Assembly: GCA_951406725.2 (NCBI GenBank)
Contig: OX597825.1
Location: forward strand, 20,708,001-20,772,000
Length of the DNA: 64,000 bases
Direction of reading: 5' to 3'
From: Octopus vulgaris
Taxonomy: Eukaryota
The position numbers and the translations under genes were made by a program. Every line of letters starts with the position of its first letter. Within the stretch, counting starts at the first letter, position 1. This document shows, piece by piece, positions 14,110 to 26,422 of this stretch. Under the pieces are notes generated by a model that saw only the letters and a list, made by a program, of their open reading frames with translations, was not told where the DNA came from and ran no database searches.

Positions 14110-14595
14110 ATAGACGTCGCACAGCATACAATATCGTTAGGTTGTTGATTGAAGATTGTGAGTCTACCGGGGGTTTGTACTGTCCGTCAAGTCACAACAA
14201 GGACCTCGGACAAACAGTACTTTACGCAATATGCGTGCAGCTCCAAGTAATGCCGACTTTTGCAATACACCTGGATGTTTTTTTTTTTCAGATTGGGTGG
14301 TATTGAACCCAATGTTCCGATGACAATAGGGATAACCTTTATGATTGAATCTCGAGGCTACTAAATCTTAGTGATCTCAATTCTCGGGTCTCCATATTTA
14401 TCAACCTTTTCTCTTTTTTTATGATGATATTTTGATCTCCTGCCACTGCCACGTCAATTATTAGGTACTCTTGTTTGTCCCTCCTAAAGGTTACTATATT
14501 CGGCCTTCAGTGCTCTAATACCTTGTCTGTCTGGAAACCAAAGTCCCAGAGAATTTTTGCTTTCCCCTTTTCGTCCATTATCTTTTCCGGTGTTA
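14110..14595 (-). mobile_element. R4-like retrotransposon 3' fragment (family C) next to (TTG)n
   Basis: ILWDFGFQTD..., QKSALLGAARILRKVL on minus strand. Confidence 0.75.
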
Positions 14596-14699
14596 TTATT
14601 TCTTTTTACCACAAGTTTTGTTGGAGCTCCTGAAGTCTTGCATGCGTAGCGCGCTTGCTACCTGTAGCCTACAGAATCATACTACCCGTTTTTTTTTTT

Positions 14700-16015
14700 T
14701 TAAGCTAATGCTTTCCTGATTATTCTGGCCGTGCCAAGGAGGGTAACCTTTTGTAACAGTTCTACCGGGTACTCTATTTCAACTTCCTTTATATTCCTCT
14801 TGATGCCTTCTGATACTGTTCCCAAGGACCCAACTATAATTGGAACTATCTTCACCTTCTTCAATTTCCATAGCCGTGCTATTTCGTACTTAAGAGGGTT
14901 GTATATATCTACCTTTACGCCTTCTTTCTTGGCTATTCGTGGGTCAAAGGGGCATGCAACATCAACTATATAGCATATGTAGTGCGCTTGTCCACCACTG
15001 CCAAGTCCAGTCTGCTATTCTCTAGCGCATGATCTCTTTGGATTGGGATATTCCAGAGGATTTTGATAGTCTCCGATTCCGCCACTCTCTGTGGTTTGTG
15101 CTCATTCCACGTCTTGCCTCTCTCTAGCCCCCACTTTTCACACAGTTTCCAATGTAACACTTTCGGTACCTGATCGTGTCGCCACAACTTGTAGTGGTTT
15201 GGGGCAAGTTTAGGGCATTCGTTCGTGATATAGGTAATACTTTCATCCACTCTGTTGCAGATGCCGCACAGCAGAGACACTTGCTCATTCCTACGGTTGA
15301 CCCTCCAGTTCGTGGTTAAAGTTTGGTCTTGCGCTGCCAGTATCGTGCTCTCGGTCTCTTTTTTTTTTAGTGTTCCCTTCATCAGCCAATCCCACCTTTT
15401 TTTTTTCCAGCAACTTCTGTTGTGGCTTCATGGAATTGATTGTGTATTCCCTTCTTGTGTAATACTTCTTCATATCCTTTTTGTACTTCTTCCTTTGTTT
15501 TTCCTTTTTGCTCTGCTCTCAGTATTCCCTCGTTCCTAACTGTTACCAGCAAGGTTTCCTTACTTTGGGATAGGTATCTCATTAAGCTCTCGAGTTCGAT
15601 ACGCACGCAATCTTCCGCACTTATCAGTATCCGTCCTCCATTTTCTCTCTTCATGTCTTGGCGATCAGTGTGTGCAGGTGGATGATGGGTTCCATGCATC
15701 GTTAGGAGCTTTCTTGACTTTCTGCCCTTCTCCTTCAGCCTCCTCCTCTGTCCACTTCAGGATTCCAGTGTCATACCGTAATACTGCGACTGCACTCGAG
15801 TTTATGGCAGAAATCATGTTTTGGGCATTCAGCTTTGAAGCCAATATTTTTCTCACTCGCCGCAGGTACTCTCTTTTTGTCTTTTCCTTCATGTCATTGT
15901 GTTTGATTCCGTCTGCCTCAAGTACTCCCAGGTATTTATAACTAGGTTGAGGTTGAACTGCCTTCATCATTTCACCACTTAGCAACCATATACCTTCTGT
16001 CCTGACAAGCTTCTG
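14700..16015 (-). mobile_element. Degenerate R4-like retrotransposon fragment (family D)
   Basis: YKYLGVLE, ETESTILAAQDQ, CGIC...ECPKLA...RHD, LLGTARIIRKAL with frameshifts. Confidence 0.85.
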
Positions 16016-16354
16016 TATCTTCTTTTAAATATGTCATACAGATATCAACGACTTTTAACAACGGCACTGTTATAAAATAGGGAGAGATTTTATAATAGGG
16101 ACAGACAAACAGACTGACTGACAGATAAACTGACAGACAGATGGATACATGACGGGAGGGAGAAAGAGGGAGAGAGAGAGGGGGGAGAGAGAGGGAGGGA
16201 GAGTATAATCGATTGCTTAGTTCTTAATACTTATCCTTATTAATCATAGAAGGACGAGAGACAAAATCGACTCTGGCCGAATTTGAACTCGGGATGAGGA
16301 GAAAAATGACCAGATAGTATTTATTGCAAGATATTTATTTGGTTCAAATAAATA

Positions 16355-17120
16355 TCTGTGAACTAGCAGAAACGTTAGCACGCCGGGCGAAATGCTTAGC
16401 AGTATTTCGTCTGCCGTTACGTTCTGAGTTCAAATTCCACCGCGGTCGACTTTGTCTCTCATCCTTTCGGGGTCGATTAAATAAGTACCAGTTACGCACT
16501 GGGGTCGATATAATCGACTTAATCCGTTTGTCTGTCCCTGTTTGTCCTCTCTGTGTTTAGCCCCTTGTGGGTAGTAAAGACATAGTTATTTCGTCTGCCG
16601 TTACGTTCTGAGTTCAAATTCCACCGCGGTCGACTTTGTCTCTCATCCTTTCGGGGTCGATTAAATAAGTACCAGTTACGCACTGGGGTCGATATAATCG
16701 ACTTAATCCGTTTGTCTGTCCTTGTTTGTCCTCTCTGTGTTTAGCCCCTTGTGGGTAGTAAAGAAATAGGTATTTCGTCTGCCGCTACGTTCTGAGTTCA
16801 AATTCTGCCGAGGTCGACTTCGCTTTTCATCCTTTCGGGGGTCGATTAAATAAGTACCAGTTACGCACTGGAGTCGATATAATCGACTTAATCCGTTTGT
16901 CTGTCCCTGCTTGTCCTCTCTGTGTTTAGCCCCTTGTGGGTAGTAAAGAAATAGGTATTTCGTCTGCCGCTACGTTCTGAGTTCAAATTCCACCGAGGTC
17001 GACTTTGCTTTTCATCCTTTCGGGGGTCGATAAATTAAGTACCAGTTGCGTACTGGGGTCGATCTAATCGACTCCCCTCCTCCCCCAAAATTTCGGGCCT
17101 TGTGCCTAGAGTAGAAAAGA
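16355..17120 (+). mobile_element. SINE family C (Nin/Deu-domain-like core) as head + four ~185-bp modules; other multimers 20620-21017-, 50300-50715+, 55660-56245-, 61070-61490-
   Basis: Repeated tatttcgtctgccg...gagttcaaattcc...tcatcctttcggggtcgat...aagtaccag module. Confidence 0.8.
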
Positions 17121-17914
17121 ATATTCAGATGGCTTCCGGTCTTTCATTGTCAGCTAAACTTTTCTCAACTTTAATCTTTATGCTTTCCAACACTGTTCAC
17201 TGTTCGTCAATGTATCACACTCTCCTGAAAAATTAGACACAAAAAATCGTCAAATTTAACCCGAACACCCAGTATCTATTTAACATCGTAGTTTTTACCT
17301 TATTCGTGGAGGCGTGTGGCTTAGTGGTTAGGGTGTCAGCATCATGATCGTAAGATTGTGGTTTCGATTCCTGGATCGGGCGACGCGTTGTGTTCTTGAG
17401 CAAAACACTTCATTTCACGTTCCTGCAGTACACTCATCTGGGAAAAATGAGCAACGCTGCGATGGACTGGCGTCCCATCCAGCTGGGAAACACACACCAT
17501 TGAAACTGGGAAACCGGGGCCATGAGCCTGGCTAGGCTTTAAAAGGGCGCGTATATTATTTTATTTATCTTATTCAGAGCCAAGTCTCAAATTTATGAGC
17601 TTCTCAAATTTTTTAGAAAATATTCATTATGCTTTTGCTTTTTTTTTTCAATTTCTTTATTTTTTTTCACTTTTACTTGCTGGAAGACGAACCCAAAATG
17701 GTGTATCTATATATATATGGGGGGGGGTGACATAGAGTACTTAATAAAAAAAAAGACAGTGGTTTATATATACACTTACAGAGGATTTGATAAATAAAAC
17801 ACTGCGAGAAAGACACAGGCAACCAGATAGAGGTATATTAATATATATTTCTGGATATGTGACCGTTTCTTCTGAACAAGAAAATTAGATGGGGAAAAAA
17901 TGCGTCAGTAAAAA

Positions 17915-17947
<33 letters not shown>

Positions 17948-18049
17948 TGTGGGGATGGATGCATGTAGATGTATGCCTGTGGTATGTGCGTGTGTATGAC
18001 TATGTATTGTATGTGTTACTTGTAAATATACATTTGTGCTTGTGTGTGA

Positions 18050-18117
<68 letters not shown>

Positions 18118-18445
18118 TCACACATGTATGTGTTTGTGTATACGTACGTGTGTGTGCGCACGCGCGTGTGTACTTTCTACAAAAAAAGCACCATCATGGC
18201 AGTTTAGATAGCAACGATGAGTGATATATATTGAACTTAAAGTAAGTCTCGCATATTTTGCAGTATCTAAGTGTATGTGTGTGTGTATGTCTGTGTGTTT
18301 GTATGTGTGTGTGTGCGTGTATATATACATATATCTATGTTATATGTAAGTATGCCTATATACATATATACATATATATATATGCATATATATGCGTACA
18401 CATACACACACATATATATATATACACATATATATACATATATCT

Positions 18446-18502
<57 letters not shown>

Positions 18503-18507
<5 letters not shown>

Positions 18508-18710
18508 AGAGTTTACGAAAAAAACAAAAGACGAAGACAGGTAATGTACAAAACAAACAGATGTATTAGTATAACGCTCAGGAATAGAAAAAGTATTTTA
18601 CGTTTCGAGCCTATGCTCTTCTACAGAAAGGTACACAGAAAAAAAAAAACAAGGAGAGAAACAAGGAGAGAAAAAAATGCGTGTAGTGGCTAACGATCTA
18701 TCATGGCGAC
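18503..18710 (-). mobile_element. Short hammerhead-bearing element abutting (TA)n; relatives at 2100-2272(+), 24277-24895(-, split by SINE), 29745-29965(+), 44137-44225(-)
   Basis: Shared CTGNNGA-a-gagc..gctc-GAAA core followed by ctgagcg..taatac in four copies. Confidence 0.7.
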
Positions 18711-18838
18711 TAGTGCCGGACAGAAGGGTCACACACGAGAAGGAAAGTAGGGGAGATAACAAAGTAAAGATGACCCCCAACACGAAGGTGTATAAGAGAG
18801 TATGTATGAGCGTGTGAAAGAGGGCTGGTGGTCTGGAC

Positions 18839-18895
<57 letters not shown>

Positions 18896-19028
18896 TATAT
18901 ATATATATATATATATACGTATATATGTATATACATATACATATACACGCAAAAATATATATACACATATACATATATATATATACATTCATATATATAT
19001 ATACATACATACATACATATATATATAC

Positions 19029-19082
<54 letters not shown>

Positions 19083-19156
19083 AGAAGCAGCATGCATGAA
19101 ATTGTTTCGATTTATAAAAGTCATCCAAATGAACAATCAAGAGAAGACAAATGTCT

Positions 19157-20215
19157 TTAATGTCTACGGTGAATGTAAAGAGTTAGGCGTGGGTATAACT
19201 GAAGATATTCAATCGATTTTTCTCTGTCTAATTGAGTTATATCTTGTTTAGGATGAAACGCAAGGATCTTAAAACAATCAATACTGAAACCATTCGCTTC
19301 CACGAAATTAAGAACCGTCTTCAATGTATTTTCAACGAAAAATCGACGTGTCAATACATCTCCAGCCGGTGTTCGAAAGCGCAGTATTGTGATTGGTTTG
19401 CTTAAATTGGCATTTGGTTCTTCGGATAATTGCTGATTTAAAGACTGCAATACCTGCTTTCTCTTCTCTTCTTCCTTCTGGCCTCGAATTTCCTGTTGTT
19501 TTCGTTTTTCTTCTTCCAGTCGCTTATTTTCTTCCAGAAGTCGTTTTTGCTGTTCTTTTTCTTTATCCTTCTTCAGTGATTCCTCATACTCCCGATCCTG
19601 CTCTCGTATTAAAGAAGCTCTCTCTTCTCTCAAACTTTCAGTTAATATTTCTGGTCTGATCATATCAGGAAACACCTCTAAAACTGATTCCAAGAATGCT
19701 TGGAATTTCACTGGATCTTGAACCTTGTCCAACTCACCAAGAATAACCAAACTGCACTGCACTTTTCCCAACACTAGTACTATGGGTAGACGGTTTTGTT
19801 CGTATTGTTTCACCTTCTTGGTAATCTCGCTCCCAAACTCCTTTTTTAACAACGAAAATGTTTGTTTCTTATTTTCGTCTGTATCAAGTTTCCGTGCCCA
19901 AACCGCGAATCTATTGCAAAGATATTCTGAGACTGTTTTCGACTTCAGCAGTCTATCATCATCACAGCCGTATAAATACAGAACCAAAGGCTTTCTACAG
20001 CTTGCACTCAGCTTTAACGAATCTTTAATTGCGGATTCCAGTGTTCTTGAATAGATATCGGATGCCTGGTTAGAGGATATGCTTTTGATACGTTTCGGAT
20101 GCCCATGAGTTGATGAATCCTCCTCCAAACACGAAACTGATGAAGAACATGGTGTTGATTCAGCTGGCCTCTTCGACGCTGTCTGCCGCTTTTGGGTACG
20201 TTTTCCAGCTGCCAT
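19157..20215 (-). CDS. FAF1: Intronless FAS-associated factor 1-like protein (UAS + coiled coil + UBX), 352 aa; truncated paralogue/retrogene lacking UBA/UBL domains
   Basis: Intact ATG-TAA ORF in non-repetitive sequence; LESAIKDS...RKPLVLYL...[17 protein letters not shown] and [13 protein letters not shown]...DITQLD..KS....LYP..TLYI align with the FAF1 C-terminal half. Confidence 0.88.
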   Translation of the reverse strand: MAAGKRTQKRQTASKRPAESTPCSSSVSCLEEDSSTHGHPKRIKSISSNQASDIYSRTLESAIKDSLKLSASCRKPLVLYLYGCDDDRLLKSKTVSEYLCNRFAVWARKLDTDENKKQTFSLLKKEFGSEITKKVKQYEQNRLPIVLVLGKVQCSLVILGELDKVQDPVKFQAFLESVLEVFPDMIRPEILTESLREERASLIREQDREYEESLKKDKEKEQQKRLLEENKRLEEEKRKQQEIRGQKEEEKRKQVLQSLNQQLSEEPNANLSKPITILRFRTPAGDVLTRRFFVENTLKTVLNFVEANGFSIDCFKILAFHPKQDITQLDREKSIEYLQLYPRLTLYIHRRH

Positions 20216-20299
20216 TTACATAGATCTAACCGATGACACTTGTAGATTCAAAGCGTGTCATAAGGCATCTCAGAGCCTTAAAGTTCCTCGTGAATTTCA

Positions 20300-20307
20300 T
20301 GACGTCA
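20300..20307. promoter_or_regulatory. Perfect CRE (TGACGTCA) 85 bp upstream of the FAF1-like ATG
   Basis: aTGACGTCAt palindrome in promoter-proximal position; function is inferred. Confidence 0.45.
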
Positions 20308-21039
20308 TAAACAACATATTCGAATATCTTTCAAAGTAAACTGATTTTCCTTCAATTAACAAAGTTCGCGAGAAATGAACGTGTTTCATGAACGAGAATA
20401 TTTTATCAAACTTTTTGACACAAATTCTTAATATTTTTGGCTAAAGAAAATATAGTAGAACATAATATAGCATAAAGTAGAACATATTTCAACGTATTCC
20501 TAAACCCAAGACTTGGTTTCGATCTAGTCATCTATTTACTTCGCTTCTTTTATATTCTTGAGAAAGATTTGAATATCGTTCAGTCAGTTGATGTTTATTT
20601 CTGATTACAAAATCAAATCCTTTTTTACTCTAGGCACAAGGCCCGAAATTTTTGGGGCGGGGGCCAGTCGATTAGATCAACCCCATTACGCAACTGGTAC
20701 TTAATTTATCGACCCCGAAAGGATAAAAGGCAAAGTTGACCTCGGCGGTATTTGAACTCAGAACGTAGCGGCAGACGAAATACCTATTTCTTTATTACGC
20801 ACAAAGGGTTAAACATAGAGGGGACAAACAAGGACAGACATAGGTATTAAGTCGATTACATCGACCCCAGTGCGTAACTGGTACTTAATTTATTGACCCC
20901 GAAAGGATAAAAAGTAAAGTCGACCTCGGCGGAATTCGAACTCAGAACGTAACGGCAGACGAAATACCGCTAAGCATTTCGCCCGGCGTGCTAACGTTTC
21001 TGCCAGCTCGCTGCCTTAATCAAAGCTCAACAAGGCTCA

Positions 21040-21240
21040 GTATTGTTGCCATCTTTGGCTCCTCTAAGTGTCTTAACATGCTTGATCGAATTCAGAATCA
21101 AGTTGTTAACATGATGGCCCTCTTCTTTTTGCTAAGTTAGGGGTCTTTGACTCATCAACGAAATGATTCTTCATTGAGTCTTTTCTCTAAATATTTTCAT
21201 GATCATTGCTCTGATGAACTTTCTGGTCTAATACCTTTAA
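21040..21240 (+). mobile_element. Jockey/CR1-group LINE relic
   Basis: YCCHLW...LDRIQN...HQRNDSSLSLFSKYFHDHCSDELS. Confidence 0.55.
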
Positions 21241-21342
21241 ATATGTCACCTTTAAATATAAGACCTTTAAATATGTCACCTGCTTCTTTTCCTCGGTGCA
21301 TCGTTTCGCTTTCTGTTACTCATAAGTTCTTTTATTCTATTT

Positions 21343-21416
<74 letters not shown>

Positions 21417-21418
<2 letters not shown>

Positions 21419-21879
21419 GATGGGCTACAGCAAATATTCTGCTCAATACCACAGATTTGCTTGTCAGTTGTTTGACCTTAACCAGTTGAGCATGTCCCTT
21501 AGTGGCTGACGATATCTGCATCTCTGATCACGAGCAGAAGTAGTGGGGGAGCATCATAGCCATGTGTTGAGAGGGATTCTTTGGGGTTTGAATAATTCAC
21601 CCCTGGAAACATGGGTAGTTCCTTCAACATCCTTAAACAACCCTTATTCAGGGACCTTTTGAGCGGGATGGGCTACTCAACCTGAAGAAAATTCTAACTG
21701 GGCCCCACCTGCAAGGTCATGTGCTGTTTATCTTGATATGAGATCACCATGTCGCGCACATATGGTTGTGATGCATGTGCCTGGTGTACCCTTATCAGAC
21801 GGGTAGTCATGATGGGTATATCGGGCTTCGTATATTTTACCCCAGTGTCACTTTGATGGCATGAACTACTCTCTCACTC

Positions 21880-21882
<3 letters not shown>
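21417..21882 (+). mobile_element. 3'-terminal fragment of a (TAA)n-associated retroelement; partial copies at 22195-22260 and 46070-46240(-)
   Basis: Bounded by (AAT)n on both sides; dispersed copies in window; start resembles the R4 G-TANIL C-terminus. Confidence 0.55.
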
Positions 21883-21929
<47 letters not shown>

Positions 21930-23437
21930 TAATAATAATAATAATATCTGACTAGATAACAACCGACGACACAGAAACATCAATGCAGGATAACTGAAAA
22001 ATAACTCGGAAAACTGTAATATCTACAATCTCTAGTGAGTATTATAAATTTTCCTCTAAATAAGTTTAGAAACTTAAATATCTACAGTTTTCGAACGCAC
22101 AAACGATCATCTTTAAAAACTGTCATATCTACAACTTCTGTGAATACCTATCCTTTCCTTTCTCCCTGAGTATTTGGAAATGTAAACATTCTTTTTATTG
22201 GGCTTCGTATATTTTACCCCAGTGTCACTTTGATGGCATGCTCTGCTCGCTCACTCAATAATAATAATAATAATGAAATTATTGTATACAGTGCCCAGGT
22301 GCACCACAGCTTCTTTGCTCAAACTACTTCTCTGAGGATCTCATTACCATCATCTTGCTTTCCTCCGGTCTCTCATATTCAGTCCTTTAAGCTTCCTATC
22401 AATCACCACCTTTCAAATTCGTAGGCCCCTTCTTTTTCTTGTTTATAGTCCCTCGCGCTACAGTAGCCCCAAGTCTTGTTTGTTACAAAATCGTATCAAA
22501 AAGCACAAAGCAACCTGCAAAATATTGTCACGCAATAGAATTCTACGGATCGAGTCAGGTCATTATCACTGCAATGAGAATTTCAATTAGTTATGGTCAT
22601 AATTACCGCATTGGGCGTTTTATATCAGTTCTGGACATTTTTAAATCTCTAGTTTATTTAAATGAAACAAACAAAAACAAACCGAGTGTGCAATGTGTCA
22701 TAATTTGTTCACACGAATTGTGAGTTTGTATCCCACCTTACGCATATTTAATTTGTCAATTCAATTAGTTTACCAGTTAAAAGGTCGTTGTCTTTGGTTT
22801 TGTTATTTAACAATATATGAACCCTTAAAAGATATTCCATCCGTAACCATCATGTTTTGTTTTTTTTCTATATGCATATATCTTTTAGTAATATTGTATT
22901 AAGAACCACATTATCTAATGTTTCCTATTGAAAGCGTTGGCAAATTTTAAAATAAGCACTAAAAGAAATATTGTATACCAAAGCCGAGATTGTCAACGAC
23001 TACTGAGTCGAGATTCTAACGTCTAGACGAAAACAACCAGTCGAAGAGAATAAAACGAAGAAACCACAGCCGTTATATAGCCGTTATATATAACGAACTT
23101 CTGGACATATTTATGATCAAGTAGATAAAAAGAGTTGTTGCACTTGAAGGATAGAGATCAACTGTAGATATGTAATCTCTTTTTGTGTTAATAAACTAAC
23201 AGCTTCCACAAGACAATCATAATGCTGTACTCCTTGAATTTTATTTCGTATCTTGATACCGAAATATTTCTCTCTTTTCGTGGTAAGCTGGCTTACCAAC
23301 CACATGGTTCCGGGTTCATTCCCACTGCGTGGAACCTTGGGCAAGTGTCTTCTACTATAGCCTCGAGCCGACCAAAGCCTTCTGAGTGAATTTGGTAGAC
23401 GGAAACTGAAAGAAGCCCGTCGTATATATGTATGTGT

Positions 23438-23468
<31 letters not shown>

Positions 23469-24900
23469 CGTGCGTTTATGTGTTTATGTTTGTCCCCCCA
23501 ACATCGCTTGACAACCGATGCTGGTGTACTTACGTCCCCGTAACTTAGCGGTTCGGCAAAAAATACCAATAGAATAAGTACTAGGCTTACAAAGTAAAAG
23601 TCCTGGGATCGATTTGCTCGACTAAATGCGATGTTCCAGCATGGCCGCAGTCAAGTGACTGAAACAAGTAAAAAAAAAATAAGGTCAAAAGAATGTCATA
23701 GGTTTTGTATTTTTATACAATCAGAATGAGTACATTGTGGGATGGTTACAAAGATATGAACTTGCTATCTTTCTGTGTGACAGATATTACGTTTTTAAAA
23801 TTCACTAACAAGCGCAGATAAGAAGCACATAGTTCCGGGTTCAGTCTCACTGCGTGACACCAACTGTCTTCTACAATATCCTCGAGTCAACCAAAGCCTT
23901 GTGAGTGGATTTGTTGTCGTTGTTTGTTCCTTCTTGAACCATGCCTGGCTCATAAGGGCCGGTTTCCCGGTTTCTTGGCGTATAGGTTCCCCACCTGGAC
24001 GGGAAGCCGGTCCGTCGCAGGTGAGCTGCAAGATGCAGGAGGAAAGAGTGAGAGAAGGTTGTGGCGAAAGAGTCAGCAGAGGTTCGCCATTACCTTCTGT
24101 CGGAGCCGCGTGGAGCTTAGGTGTTTTCGCTCATAAACACACACACACATCGCCCGGTCTGAGATTCGAACCCGCGATCCCTCGACCACGAGTCCGCTGA
24201 TCTAACCACTAAGCCATGTGCCTCCACCTGTGAGTGGATTTAGTAGATGGAAACTGAAAGAAGACGTCGTATATATAACGGGAAGCTTTATGAAAATAAA
24301 CAAAAGACGAAGGCAGGTGGAATACAAACAAACAATTGTATTAGTATGGCGCTCAGGAATATAAATAAAACAAGTCTTCTACGTTTCGAGCCTACGCTCT
24401 TCGACAGAAAGATACACAGAAAAGAGTGGAGGCGCAATGGCCCAGTGGTTAGGGCAGCGGACTCGCGGTCGTAGGATCGCGGTTTCGATTCCCAGACCGG
24501 GCGTTGTGAGTGTTTATTGAGCGAAAACACCTAAAGCTCCACTAGGCTCCGGCAGGGGATGGTGGTGATCCCTGCCGTATTCTTTCACCACAACTTTCTC
24601 TCACTCTTACTTCCTGTTTCTGTTGTACCTGTATTTCAAAGGGCCGGCCTTGTCACTCTCTGTGTCACGCTGAATATCCCCGAGAACTACGTTAAGGGTG
24701 CACGTGTCTGTGGAGTGCTCAGCCACTTACACGTTAATTTCACAAGCAGGCTGTTCCGTTGATCGGATCAACCGGAACCCTCGTCGTCGTAACCGACGGA
24801 GTGCTTCTACTACTGCTACTACTACACAGTAAAGAAACACGGAGAGAAACAAGGAGAGAAAAAAAATGCGTGCAGAAGCTAGCAAACCAACATGGATATA

Positions 24901-24935
<35 letters not shown>

Positions 24936-25204
24936 TGTTTGTGTCTCAGTCTGCCCCCCCCCACCACCACCACACCGCTTGACATCAGGTGCTGGTGTGT
25001 TTACGTCCCCGTAATTTAGAAATTACGAGAAACCGATAGGATAAGAACCGGGCTTTAAGAAAAAATAAGTGTTAGGGTTTCGATACATTCGACTAAATAT
25101 TCAACAAGGCGGTGCCCCAGCATGGTCGCAGCCTAACAACTGAAACACGTAAGAAATAAGTGGTTAAAAAACATAGTCGTCATCTACAGGTTCGAAAACG
25201 TATA

Positions 25205-26388
25205 CAGTAATGCCTCGATATACGAGGTAATTTGTTCCCAGAGACCACTCGTAAAGTAGGGCAATCATTCCCCATAGTATGCAATGTTATAAACTCTAAT
25301 TCGTTCCCAGAGACCACTCGTAAAGTAGAGCAATCATTCCCCATACTATGCAATGTTATAAACTCTAATTCGTTCCCAGAGACCACTCGTAAAGTAGACC
25401 AATCATTCCCCATAGTATGCAATGTTATAAACTCTAATTCGTTCCCAGAGACCACTCGTAAAGTAGAGCAATCATTCCCCATAGTATGCAATGTTATAAA
25501 CTCTAATTCGTTCCCAGAGACCACTCGTAAAGTAGAGCAATCATTCCCCATAGTATGCAATGTTATAAACTCTAATTCGTTCCCAGAGACCACTCGTAAA
25601 GTAGAGCAAGCATTCCCCATAGTATGCAATATTATAAACTCTAATTCGTTCCCAGAGACCACTCGTAAAGTAGAGCAATCATTCCCCATAGTATGCAATG
25701 TTATAAACTCTAATTCGTTCCCAGAGACCACTCGTAAAGTAGAGCAATCATTCCCCATAGTATGCAATGTTATAAACTCTAATTCATTCCCAGAGACCAC
25801 TCGTAAAGCAGAGCAATCATTCCCCATACTATGCAATGTTATAAACTCTAATTCGTTCCCAGAGACCACTCGTAAAGTAGAGCAATCATTCCCCATACTA
25901 TGCAATGTTATAAACTCTAATTCGTTCCCAGAGACCACTCGTAAAGTAGAGCAATCATTCCCCATACTATGCAATGTTATAAACTCTAATTCGTTCCCAG
26001 AAAAATATTTTGCCTATAAAATTAATAATACTCGTAAATAAATGGGGATAAAACAACAGAAGAGTGTAAAGAGTACTTTATGTAAATTAAAAAGAATATC
26101 ACGATCATTTATAATAAAACATATTTTTATTATAATTGTTTTCTGAATCGCATTCACTCGCACGAGACACGCGCAACCATTGATGGATATTTTTTTTTTT
26201 TCTTTCAGTCATTTGACTGCGACCATGCTGGAGCAAATCGACCCCAGGACTTATTCTTTGTAAGCCTAGTACTTATTCTATCGGTCTCTTTTGCCGAACC
26301 GCTAAGTTACGGGACATAAACACACCAGCATCGGTTGTCAATCGATATTGGGGGAGGGGTACAAACACAGACACACAAACATATACAA

Positions 26389-26422
<34 letters not shown>

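Noticed and set aside
19393-20054. Plus-strand ORFs overlapping the FAF1-like gene
   Set aside because: Antisense shadows with no recognisable motifs
25180-26041. 264-aa and 269-aa ORFs on both strands, and a CRISPR-like look
   Set aside because: Open frames follow from a stop-free 69-bp (3n) unit; no unique spacers, no cas genes, eukaryotic context
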